Of a stretch of DNA of 64,000 nucleotides, positions 37,409-47,809 are shown in pieces. The notes beneath the pieces were generated by a model that saw nothing but the letters and a program-made list of their open reading frames with translations, was not told the DNA's origin and ran no database searches. This DNA is from Selaginella moellendorffii (lineage: Eukaryota; Plantae; Lycopodiophyta). Each line of letters starts with the position of its first letter. Position 1 is the first letter of the stretch. The position numbers and the translations under genes are program-made. The stretch is taken from assembly GCF_000143415.4 (NCBI RefSeq), contig NW_003314265.1, forward strand, positions 262,405-326,404, in the 5' to 3' direction.

Positions 37409-38376
37409 TTCCCCTCTTCCCTGGTATAAACCCTAATCCCCCTCATCCAGATGAAGCGAAGATCACCACCGTCAATTATCCCAGACGATCTGCTCCGTCC
37501 ATTCCAATATATAGCTCTCCCCCAAGCCCTAGCGGCCGCTAGGGTTCTTCATAGCGCTCATCCGATATCGCCTGCGATTTCTCTGTGGCACGCGATCAAA
37601 CTCAATGCGCTTAGAATCAGGCGCTGCTGGTCGCAGATCCATCCGCGCGGATCACTCCCCGTGTGGATTCACGCGCTCTTCAGTCACAAATTCACTTGGA
37701 TTGGGAGTGTTTGGCTTCTTTATTTTGCTGGCCTCTGGTAATATCCTCATTTCCAGAAGGCCCGTTCCCTGGAAGCAAAATTTTCCTTGCAGCCCTCGCT
37801 ATCCCTCCACTGCGACTTTGCATTGGAGGGACGTTGGGTTGCTACATTGAAAATCTCTCCCCTGTTTTATCTAAGTCTATTTGCCTTAAACCGAGAAATC
37901 GAGCTCCAGTTTTGCGATACAGGCCCCCACTAGTCTCGCAATTTGGCCGCGGATCATTGCTGGAATCCTGGCGGATTGAATTATTCCTCGTGACCCACGT
38001 AAGGCTTTACAAAGGCCCCCGAGCGCATATATGCTATGGACCACCACCCAGAGAAAAAAAAACCAATCAGTCAATCAAAGGCCGACCTTGGAACCACCAC
38101 TGATTCCCAGTGGTGGAAGTAAAGAGTGGAAGTAAAGAACAAAAAAAGAGATTAATAGTAAGAAACTTGGAAGAACACAGGCTACAAAATTTTTGCTTCT
38201 CATAAACCTTCTCTCGCATCTTAAATCAGACTCGCTATACTTTAGTAAGAACTTCTACGATCAGACGCACTGGCCGGCCATGGAGATCTTTTGACAAGAC
38301 TTGTGTGCGTCCCACCTGATATACGCTTCTGTCAGATTTGAAGGAATCAGACGAGAGAATCACGCACCTGTGGAGC

Positions 38377-39820
38377 TCAGTGAAGAAGATCCATGAGCAG
38401 CAGATCACCCTTGGCTGCCGTGGGGCTCAAGACTTCTTGAGCTGTTCTCGGTGGTGGTGATGGTGGTGTTGTTGGCCGTGATGGCAGTGGTGGTGGTGCT
38501 GGTGGCAACGCTCTTGCTGCCACTGTGTTGGATTGGGACTGCATCGAAATGGACAAATCTGTAGTGTCGGAATCTGCCTCGGAGCTGTGACAAGGACTCG
38601 CGGGGCTTGTCCGCTTCGCGGCGACACTCGAGCTCGCGACAAGGTGACGATGGCTGTTCTTGGAGCTCATCTTGGATGAGGACGAGCCCAAGGTGAGGTC
38701 CAGCCCAACTTCGTCGCCGCCTGGCCGCCACCCTTTCTCCACCACCACTGCCGCGGCAGCTCCGCCGTCGTTTTCCACCGCGTGGTGGTCGCGACGACCA
38801 GAGCCACACGCCATCGCGTGGGGACGACGATCGTGGACAACGCCACCTCCCGATCCTCGGCCCTGATCCTCGTCCTCGTAAAAGTGCTCGTCCGGTTCCT
38901 CCTGTTCTTGGAGCTCGACCTTTAAGGTTGTCGCGGCCGAGCGATGCCTCCGCTGGAGGCTCGCAAAGCTGCTGCTCTCGCTGCTGTCGCGATCCAGCGC
39001 CCGCTTCACTCCCGCGAACTTGGAGCCGTCGAGCGAGAACCCTTGCGCATTGGTGGCGGAGTTGTCATTGTTGGTGTCCTTGGTGCAACTGTAGATGGAG
39101 AAGGCTCCAGCCGCAGCGGCGGTGACAGTGCTGAAGTAGCCTCTCCCGAGACGAACTTTGGGAAGCCTTCCGGACGCGAAAGCTTGCTGGGACTGGGAGG
39201 GGGTGACGAAGCCGATGGAGGGCCTTCCGGTGCCGAAGGCGCTGGAGAGCCTTCCGGTGCCAGTGGAAACCGTGGAGCAAAGCAAGCCCCCTTTGAGCAC
39301 CGTCTCCACCGCGTCCTGGCAGTGCTTCCAGCTGCCCGAGCACAGCAGCCCCACAGCTCCAAACACGGGATTTATGGTCCGGCCGCATGCCTCGTAGAGG
39401 AGAGACTGGAACAATGCTGCATGGAGATCAATTTTAAACACCATAAACCAAAGGTTCCAAGAGGAAACTTGCAAGCTATACTAAGAGCACGCAACATCTT
39501 GAAGGAAGGAATAACTCTTCCATGCATGCACTCACAGGAACAACCGATCATCCTGGCAAAAGAATTCGCACAGAATAATCTCTAAAGAGAACTCCCAAAA
39601 AACCATGAGGCTCTCCATCAAGTATATTTACTTTACCGGGTCTTTGACTCTCCGGGACGGAGCTTATCAGCGCCATCATCCCCGCGCGGCCGAAGAATTT
39701 GGCGACGAAGACCGTGGCGTGGCCCTGCGCATCGGGGCTCTCGATCCATCGCAGGCACTGCCGGAGAACGCAGCCATCGCTGCAGCCCTTGCGCAGAACC
39801 CGGCACCCATTGCAGCTCAT
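38377..39820 (-). CDS. LBD: Class II LBD transcription factor (LBD37-42 type), intron 39636-39417
   Basis: [36 protein letters not shown]|[25 protein letters not shown], plus an LDLTLG motif. Confidence 0.95.
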
Positions 39821-40212
39821 GGCGACGCCCTCTCGTTCCTCACACCCAGTCAGACCATCAAAATCGCGGCGAGAAAGAGTAGGGAGAAATGCGCGCGATC
39901 GAGCGAGCGGGCGAGCGAGCGGCGGTGGCAAATCAGCTGCGAGAGATGGAGAGAGAGAGAGAGAGAGAGAGATGGAAAGAAAAACACAACCCTGATGATA
40001 GAAGAAGGGGGGAGAAAAAAAAATTCTTTTTTATTAATTGAGATGCGGCGACATGAAGCTGCACGCTTCATGTCGCCGCATATGCCCATGTGGCATGCTT
40101 GCGTGTCATGACACGTGGCCATTCCTCCTCTGGTTTTTTTGTTTAAATTATATTTTCTTTCCATTCTATTCGTTTCTTTGGTATTTCTCATTGCGATTCT
40201 TTTGACGACACT

Positions 40213-42227
40213 CTACAATAATGGTGGCGATTTTTCCCACGTCGAGTTGGGCAAGATCTTGAGCAAAGCTTGGGCCGTCTCTGGAAGGAACTTTCGCGCG
40301 AATAAAAAACACGGCCGCCGCTCGCCATTCCATATACACGGAGTTCTCGTTACCACAGCCTGCAAGAGGGATAAAAAAAAGAAGAAAAGGAAAAGAGGAT
40401 CCGAGTTAGGCGCGCACAGCTTTTAGAGATTGCGAATCGATTCAATCATACCTTTGCAGTACTTGTCTTGTGCACATATTCGTCAATCATCTGGATGGAA
40501 GCACGCACAGGCACAGGTAAGATCAGTGACACGAACGAATGAGCTTTTGCAACTGTTGCGAGGAGGAGAGAAAACAGGAGACCGAAGCAGCAAGGGAGGG
40601 GTACCTGGAGCTGCCGCAGTTTCTCCGCAGTTACGTCTGCTTTAGTATATGATTTCGGGTGCCATTTGCCTTCGGACCAGTCGACGTGAGTGACTGTCCA
40701 GTTTGCTATCCCTGCCGAATCCATAATCTGGAAATGGATGATCGTGTGAGAGAAATGGAGCAGCAAATGGATGTTCGCTTACGAAGAGGAATGTTTGCAA
40801 GTAATGCTCGTCCGGGTAGCAGTTCCGGTTGTTGTCACCCGGCTGCAAAACAAGACGAGGAAGAAAAGGATCAAGTGAGCATGGGCATCGAAAAGTAGCA
40901 AATGCGACGCTCCTTTACCTTGCAGAACAGTTTAAACTTTCGATAATACACGTGATCAGCGATGACCATAAGAGCATGATGGCGCTGTACTGCAAACCAC
41001 TGAGAGACGTTTATTCTGTCGTTAAACTGCATTGTAAGATAATTGAAGCATTTGAGCAGCACAAACCTGTGCACCTTTTCTCCATTCCCATTGCTCTACT
41101 TGCGGGGACATGTAGCCCATGTATCTTCCCCTCCCATGGGGGCCAGGGTCGTCGAAGCTGTGCCAGTCACGGCCACCATTAAATATTCGCCAGAAACAAA
41201 GAGGAAAGGAGAAGCTTTTTTACCAGTCGACAAAGCTACCACTGAAGTTCAATAAATGATTGTACGTGTAGCGGAAGCTATGGAGCGGTACACACCTGAC
41301 AATTGACTCGATCAACACAAGGAACTTGTGGCGGAGAGACTTACGTGTCGGAAAGAAGAACGAAGTAGGCATTGTTCTGATCGAGAACAGCGTGAGTGAG
41401 GAGTCGCCTCTCCGCATCGATCATGTTGATGTTGCCCCATTGCACCTGTCGCCAGGCACACGAGAATGTAAAAAACAGAAGGAAGGAAAATGCTTGTGAT
41501 TCCGAGGCAATGGAGACGTAAAAGCCATACCTTTTGAGAGCGGATCATTCGTGAGCGAAACAAATCGGTCTTCCACACAACCCTCTTGTTGATGGCCGTG
41601 TCCGAGGCATGCACGTAGATGGAATACAAGCCTTCGTTTCCCTGGCAGAAAAAAGTTATGTTTTTGGAGTTAACACTTATTCTAACTGCGCGGAAGAAGT
41701 TAAGAGACCCTGCCTACAAGAATCCATGCAAGCACACTAGCGAGAAACAAGCAAACAAAAACGAGAAAAGACGATCCCAGCAAAGGAACGAAAATAAAAA
41801 GTGAAAGGCACAAGAAAAAAAGAAGGAACAGGAAACTTACTTTGAAAAAGCGCTCCCAGAGGAGCTCGAAAGGCAAGGCGCCAGCCGTCAAGAACAAGAA
41901 GGCCACCTTGGAAGGACCCGACCGCGCTTGAAAGCTCTGGTGCTTGAGATCCACCGCAAGAGCAAACTCGGCAATCTCGGTGTCGCTCTTGTTCAACCAG
42001 GGCCTGGGCGGAGGAGGAGCCGGCGGAGCGAGCAGCGCAATTCTACACAAATCAGTCCCCAACACTTCACAGGGCGTGATGTGAGTGGGCGTGTAGTGGT
42101 ACGCGATGATGCCGCCCAGCGTGGAGAGGCTGACCAGGAGGAGCAATCCCAGCGTCCAGGCCAGCCATCGCCGCTTGGACAGCTTCATCTGGAGCTTGAT
42201 GTTGGCCACTTCCTTTTGCCAGGACAT
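40213..42227 (-). CDS. Core-2/I-branching GlcNAc-transferase family (DUF266, BC10-like) type II membrane glycosyltransferase
   Basis: N-terminal TM helix, KVAFLFLT..LPFELLWERFF, YSIYVH, CVPLHSF, SQWFAVQRHHA, CYPDEHYLQT, TVTHVDWSEGKWHP; last exon CFLFARKFLPE. Confidence 0.92.
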
Positions 42228-42431
42228 GATGGATCTTACACATCAATCGGCTACCATTGCATAGATCTCGCGACGCCTGCGTTGCGGAATCAAAACCCTA
42301 GCACTGGCGAGGCGATCTTGTACCTCTGTGACAATGCCGCCGCGCCGCTCTCGCCATGGCGCGTCGCTGCATTTGCCCCGGCACGGCGATAAAAAAAGTG
42401 CCCCCCAAGAGAAATATTTTAGGGTTCTTAG

Positions 42432-44328
42432 ATGGAAATGGACGACGATAGTCCAGAATTAGGGCTGGGCGACGACGAGGACGAGGACGAGTACGCGGTG
42501 GTCACGAGGATCTTGGATTCCTTCTTGCATCGGCCTGATGATGGCGATTGCGCAGCTGCATTGCAGCGAGAGGAAGATCCAGGCAAGGATTTCTTTTTTT
42601 TCTTGGCTCTTTAGAGTGGATTGAGAATGCGGTCGTGTCTAGTGCCTGGATCAGCTGCTGCTGCCGACGGCGACGCTTCCAATCAGGATGCCTTGGCGAT
42701 TGTTCCAGTCTCTTATCCGGAGGAGCCGATCGTGGAGAATGCCTCATCATCTTTGGCGATCGTTCAAGGTTGCGAGGAAAATGGAAATGCGCGATTTGAT
42801 GGGGGCCCGCGAAGAACGTTTATCATGGAAATGCAAGTTTTCGTCGAGGACATGAAGAAGAAGAGCCGGAGACGGCTCAAGAATCTCGACCAGGTGATCC
42901 GGCAGGGAATTTTTCTTTCTTTCTTTCTTGTCACTAAGCATGACTGTTTTTTCCCTGATTTTTTAGGACAGAAGGACAAGCTAAAACCTGAAGAAGCTGA
43001 CAAGATCAACCGTGGGTAAGACTTGAGTAGATTTACCTATTGTACTTAAATGGTTGGAGCAGTCTAGAGACGATCACTATGCTGGATATGAAGCTTCAAG
43101 AGCTGGAGCGAGGAGCCAGACATCGCCGTCTCGGCGGTAGAGAATATGAGTCCGATGCATCAAGAAAGCTGAGGTAAGAGAGTAACTTGTTCGAAAGCCT
43201 GTTGAGAGCATCTGTTCTTCTTAGGGATGAGAGGAAGAGACGACGAAGATATGCGAAACTTAAGCGATCTCTGGAAAATCTAGACGCCTTGCATCCTGAG
43301 AAACAAGGTCATGTTTTAAGAAATATTCTTCTAGGACCAAGTGCGAGGTACTTCAGGCTCACGGTGAGCGTGTTTTACTCGGTCAGATTGCTTTATAACT
43401 AGCTGTTTTTTTTTTTCCAGCCAGAGGAGGAAGCGATGGTGGAAGAATTGCTTCGCCAGCAAGACATTGTTGACGACGATGGGGATAATAGCAGTGTTAT
43501 CTCGCATGTCTCAACGGTATTTGCTAACACTCGACGCTGGTATGCTCGCACTAAAAGAATTTGGACCAGGCCTTTGATGTGGAGGGCCAAGAGGCCGTTC
43601 GCCTGGCAGAGATAGACTGCAGGCTAGACCCTTACAAAGAGAGCCACAGCTATTATTCCATTTCACCCATGGCGTCGTGTACGTCTTGTTTTTTCTATTT
43701 TGGTTCTTCTATATTGGTGGCTGACGCAGTGTTTGTTTGCAGCTTCTACTCCAAATAGCAAAACTTTGATGCCTGGATGTCCGTCATTGTCTCCCATGGC
43801 TTCAGGTAAACTTTATCCGTGCACAAGGTATTCCAAAAGATTAAATTCTCTCCAGCATTCTATCAAAATATTCACTCACTCACAAACTCGCGTTTTTCTG
43901 TTTCAGTGTCCACGCCCAAGAGCAAGTCGTATTTCGAGAATGGCGAATCTCGGACCAAGTCAGAGGAGTTCTCCGTGCATCATGAAGCTTTGTCAAGAGC
44001 ACTCGAGCCTTTCGCAGGAACTACAGTTGTGGAGGACTACTTAGGGGAGCTGAAGGAGAGGCGAGAGTACGAAGAAAAAATGGAGGTAACATAATTGTCT
44101 CGCCTCGAGTTTTCACTGAACAACCCGTGGCCGCCAGGAAATCGACAAGAAACTCAGACAACTCCACATGACAGAGGCTCCCGCGGGTATAACAGACGAT
44201 CAACTCATGCAACTCGTAAGCTTCCTTTTGTTTTGGTTTGTTGTTTTGCTTGCTGATCGTCTTTCTGGCCTATGCTCCAGCTGAGTGCCTCAAAAAGGGA
44301 ACAAGAGTTATATGCTGCCATCCAGTGA
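42432..44328 (+). CDS. Putative FSIP1 (fibrous sheath-interacting protein 1)-like coiled-coil protein, ~11 exons
   Basis: Consistent spliced frame containing GHVLRNILLG..EEEAMVEELL, RLAEIDCRL and EDYLGELKERREYEEKMEEIDKKLRQL..TDDQLMQLL. These resemble recalled FSIP1 blocks in the same order. Confidence 0.65.
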
Positions 44329-46428
44329 AACACAACAACAACCAAATGTGTACAATCGCATAGCACAGCCTTCACAAGATCAAGAACAAAAAATGTAAGC
44401 CTTTGCTTTTCCTTTTCTCTTTGTCCCTGGGGGACATTGTCTCATGCTCCTAGTGGGATTGGCTAGCTATGGCTTATAACATGAACATCACTGAGATAAG
44501 AGTAGTATTAGAGAGATTGACAAGCAAAGTAATAGCTAGCTAAGCAATTTATACTAGAGAGAGTGTGCGTGTGTGTATCTTTGTCTTTGCAGTGCTGAGA
44601 TCCTGTGAGATCTTCCTTACTGCCTATCTCTCCAATGAGAGAGAGAAACAGAGGGGCTGAGCTGTATGGAGTGTGTCTATAGGGCCAAGGTGGTGGTGGT
44701 ACAGCATGGACTTAATGCATTAGCAATTAGTGGCAACAAGTTGACGGAATTGAAAGGGGGGAATATATAGGTAGGTCGCTGGCTGGCCGGAAACACAATC
44801 GTACCAAAGTTGTTGTTGCTGCTGTGCTGCTGCTGACCGGTGGATATTTTCTTTTTAGTGTGAATTTAGCTACCAAACAAAAGAGGGAACAAACGAGGCT
44901 TGAAGCACCCCCCACCCCCAAATTCAATTCCTTGAGTGCGATGTCGCATGCATGGGCATGCCATCGTGCCCCATGCTCGGCGCTCAGGCAGGAAGGAGGA
45001 GCTGTAAAAATCCTTCCCCGGGTAACAAGTGACAGTGAGGGAAACCAGGAGGGAGCATATGCTCTGCATCTCTGTGTGTATGTGAAACTCTCGCTCGCTG
45101 CCCTGAGAACGCGCAGTGGCAGCAGCAGGCTTTTGGAGATTTTGCCGTGGCCCCAGAATCGGGAGACAGAGGCAGAGATTGGCTGTTTGTTGTTTCTTTT
45201 TTTCTTTTTTTTCTTTTCTTTTCCTTTAGTGCTTTTTTAGCAGTTCATGTTCAGTTAGGAAGGAGTCAACCACCACTGTTCTCACAACACAGCACCACCA
45301 AATCTTTTACCTCCATTGACGCCACAAGACTGAAAGGAGTGAAAGAGGGATGAGGGAGCAGAGAACAGGCCAGCATTGCACATGCAACAAGCTAGCCCAT
45401 GCCAGGCACACCTCACTGTCATATTCCTCACAAGGTGATGGTGATCATGATGGTGGAGGGCCTGAAATTCAAACCAGCACCACCACCAGTCCCTCCCCCA
45501 AATTGTGCATGATTCCAAAGAGATTATGAGGCATAGAATAGAAGCCCATATGACACATAACATACTGTTTTGGCAATTTTTTATTCAGTATCATATAAGC
45601 ATCCATGCCAGGAATTTGACATACCAGGAGTAACAGTGTTAGCATTGTCCCCCAGGAAGGGGTTAGGTAGGTCTACATCCACATCTTCCTCTTCTCCCAC
45701 AAGAGCAATGCAAAAACAAGGAGATAGAATGAGTTTATATTCCCTTCATTGCCCCCCTTCCCTGCCCTGCCCCTCCTGCCTCCCTGCCTGCAGCACTCAC
45801 AAGAAGAATGCAAACAAATTCAAAGCCTGTGTTATTTTTGCTGCTCCAGAGCTGGGCTCAGCCTACCTTCTAGTAAGTACTGTTTCATCATCCCTACTTT
45901 ATTGGGGATGTTGTTAATGCTTATGCATGCATGGCTGCCTGGGTGAATGGCTGCATCCAAAAGAGTTTAACTCTTGTTTGATCCTTCCTGACTTTACCTG
46001 GCTGTTGCTCCAAACATGCACTCACACATTACATATGATGTGGGTACCTTTCTAAATTTTCGCTTGCACTGTTTTGTGTGTGGTGTTGTCATGCATGCGA
46101 ACAAAAGGCAGGTGTAGTAGATCTGCTTACCAACCAGAGATAAAGAGCAAGGAGTTCTTTCCTCTTTTTAACAGTTGACACAAGATACAAGTTGAGCTTG
46201 AGATCAAAAAGGATTTGTGTGTTGTGTGTTGTGTCCATGCTTCTTGCTCCAGCAAACTGGGAAGCAGCAAGACATTCTTGTTTTACAAACCAAGACATCG
46301 ATGATACCCTTTTCTGTTGGATCAGTGGATGATCTTGGCACCAAAAAAGGAGAGCATTATAACTTGGCACTGGTACAAGGAGCTCAGCAGCAGCAGCAAT
46401 GCATCATACAAAAGGACTGATCGTTGCG

Positions 46429-47809
46429 TCATGTTGTCGTTGCCACCACCATTGACAGTGGGAACATGCAAATGCCCTTGTCTTGCAACGCACTTGCAGC
46501 TTGGCAAGTCTGCGAGGTCATTGCGCTATCGCCAGCGGAGGCAGATTGCTCGCTGCTCAATCCATCCTTTGAAGCTCCAAACATCTAAGAAGGCAAAACA
46601 AAGCTTAGAACTTCCGCTAGGATCGCTCGCAGCAGCCAAGAAGCTCTACCTTGATCTCCTCTTCCAGACTTTTCACGTAGTCGATCGCGACTTCTAGCAC
46701 TTGCTCTTCATCCAGCTGCAAATGGTTTACACAAACACGGAATACTTAGCGCGCTTCTCAAGAGCCAAACCAGATCGCCCCGTACCTGTCTACTACTATG
46801 TGGTATCAAGTGCTGCAGCAACTCCAAGCGTGAATCTACAGCTTTCTCGTGTATCTGGTGGAGAAGGAAGACAAGACCGTCAATCCACGAAACAATCAAA
46901 GCCCGGAAGCAGAAGCTCGCTTCTTACATTGACGCTTGGAGGGCTGGAAATCTCGGCTTCGCCAGCCTCAACCTCGACCTCATTCTCATCCGAGTGCTCA
47001 TCTACAACCTGCAAAGAGAAGCATCCATGATAAGTTTCCAGATCAGAAACTCCCATGTTATAATTTACCTGAGGAGGCCGTGACAATGCTGGTTGATGAT
47101 CATCGCCGACTCTACTTCTCTTGCATCGCCGTCTAGCCGGCCTCGGATCGTCCGAGACCGACTCACAGCTGAGATTCGACTGGCAAGTATCATCGAGATC
47201 ATTCTCGCCCTCCCGGACGACGCAACACGGATTGGTTTCCCTCACCGCCGCCGACTTTCTCTTCCCCCGTAGAGCGTTCCTCCTCAACCCCTCCTTTCGG
47301 AGGAGCTCGGGCTGCTCGGGACCAGAGGAAGCGTCCGACTCCATTGACGAATCTTCCCGCCACTCGTCCTCCATCGACCCACCATCGTCGATCGATCCGG
47401 GTCTTATCAGATGTCTCGACAAACTGTTGTAAGCGTTCCAATCCACGGAGATATCCAAGTAGGCCGTCCAGCCCGACTCGGACGTCGCCTCGGGCCTTTG
47501 CCCAAGATCCAATTCATCGATTGGGTCTTGTGGATTCGCGCTGCTGGGGGCTCCATTCCTGGCACAAATCTCGTTCGCTCCATCATCCCTTGTGGCTGGA
47601 GAATTAGCGAGGCGAGCAAGCGTTGGAACCGTGCTGTCTGTGAAGATGGATCTCAGGGGAAGTGGCTGCTGCTGTAACCGCGACGACTGGAATTTCCTGG
47701 CGACGCCAAAGCCGGCTAGAGCCTGCGATTCATTCTTGGCGAAGGAGGCGGCCCAATCGCATGGAGAGGTGAAACCGCGAGCGAGATCGTAAGCGGGATC
47801 TCTTGCCAT
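46429..47809 (-). CDS. SOFL/VUP1-motif protein with a C-terminal atypical (non-basic) HLH domain
   Basis: Exons 47809-47069, 47008-46928, 46854-46786, 46715-46650 and 46584-46429, all GT-AG and phase 0. Motifs ESGWTAYLD, DSSMESDASSGP, LDDT, SRLELLQHLIP|LDEEQVLEVAIDYVKSLEEEIK| and LQDKGICMFPLSMV. Confidence 0.85.

Noticed and set aside
44422-44438. gtccctgggggacat resembling the U6 snRNA 5' hairpin
   Set aside because: No following U6 sequence (ACAGAGA box) and no USE element.
44400-46400. Possible miRNA precursor or small peptide (CLE/DVL) gene between convergent genes
   Set aside because: No match to conserved miRNAs I recall, no clear long hairpin and no peptide motif.
30597-47809. Apparent cluster of developmental or vascular regulators (SMXL, LBD, BC10-like, VUP-like)
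   Set aside because: Interspersed with unrelated genes, and no evidence of co-regulation.
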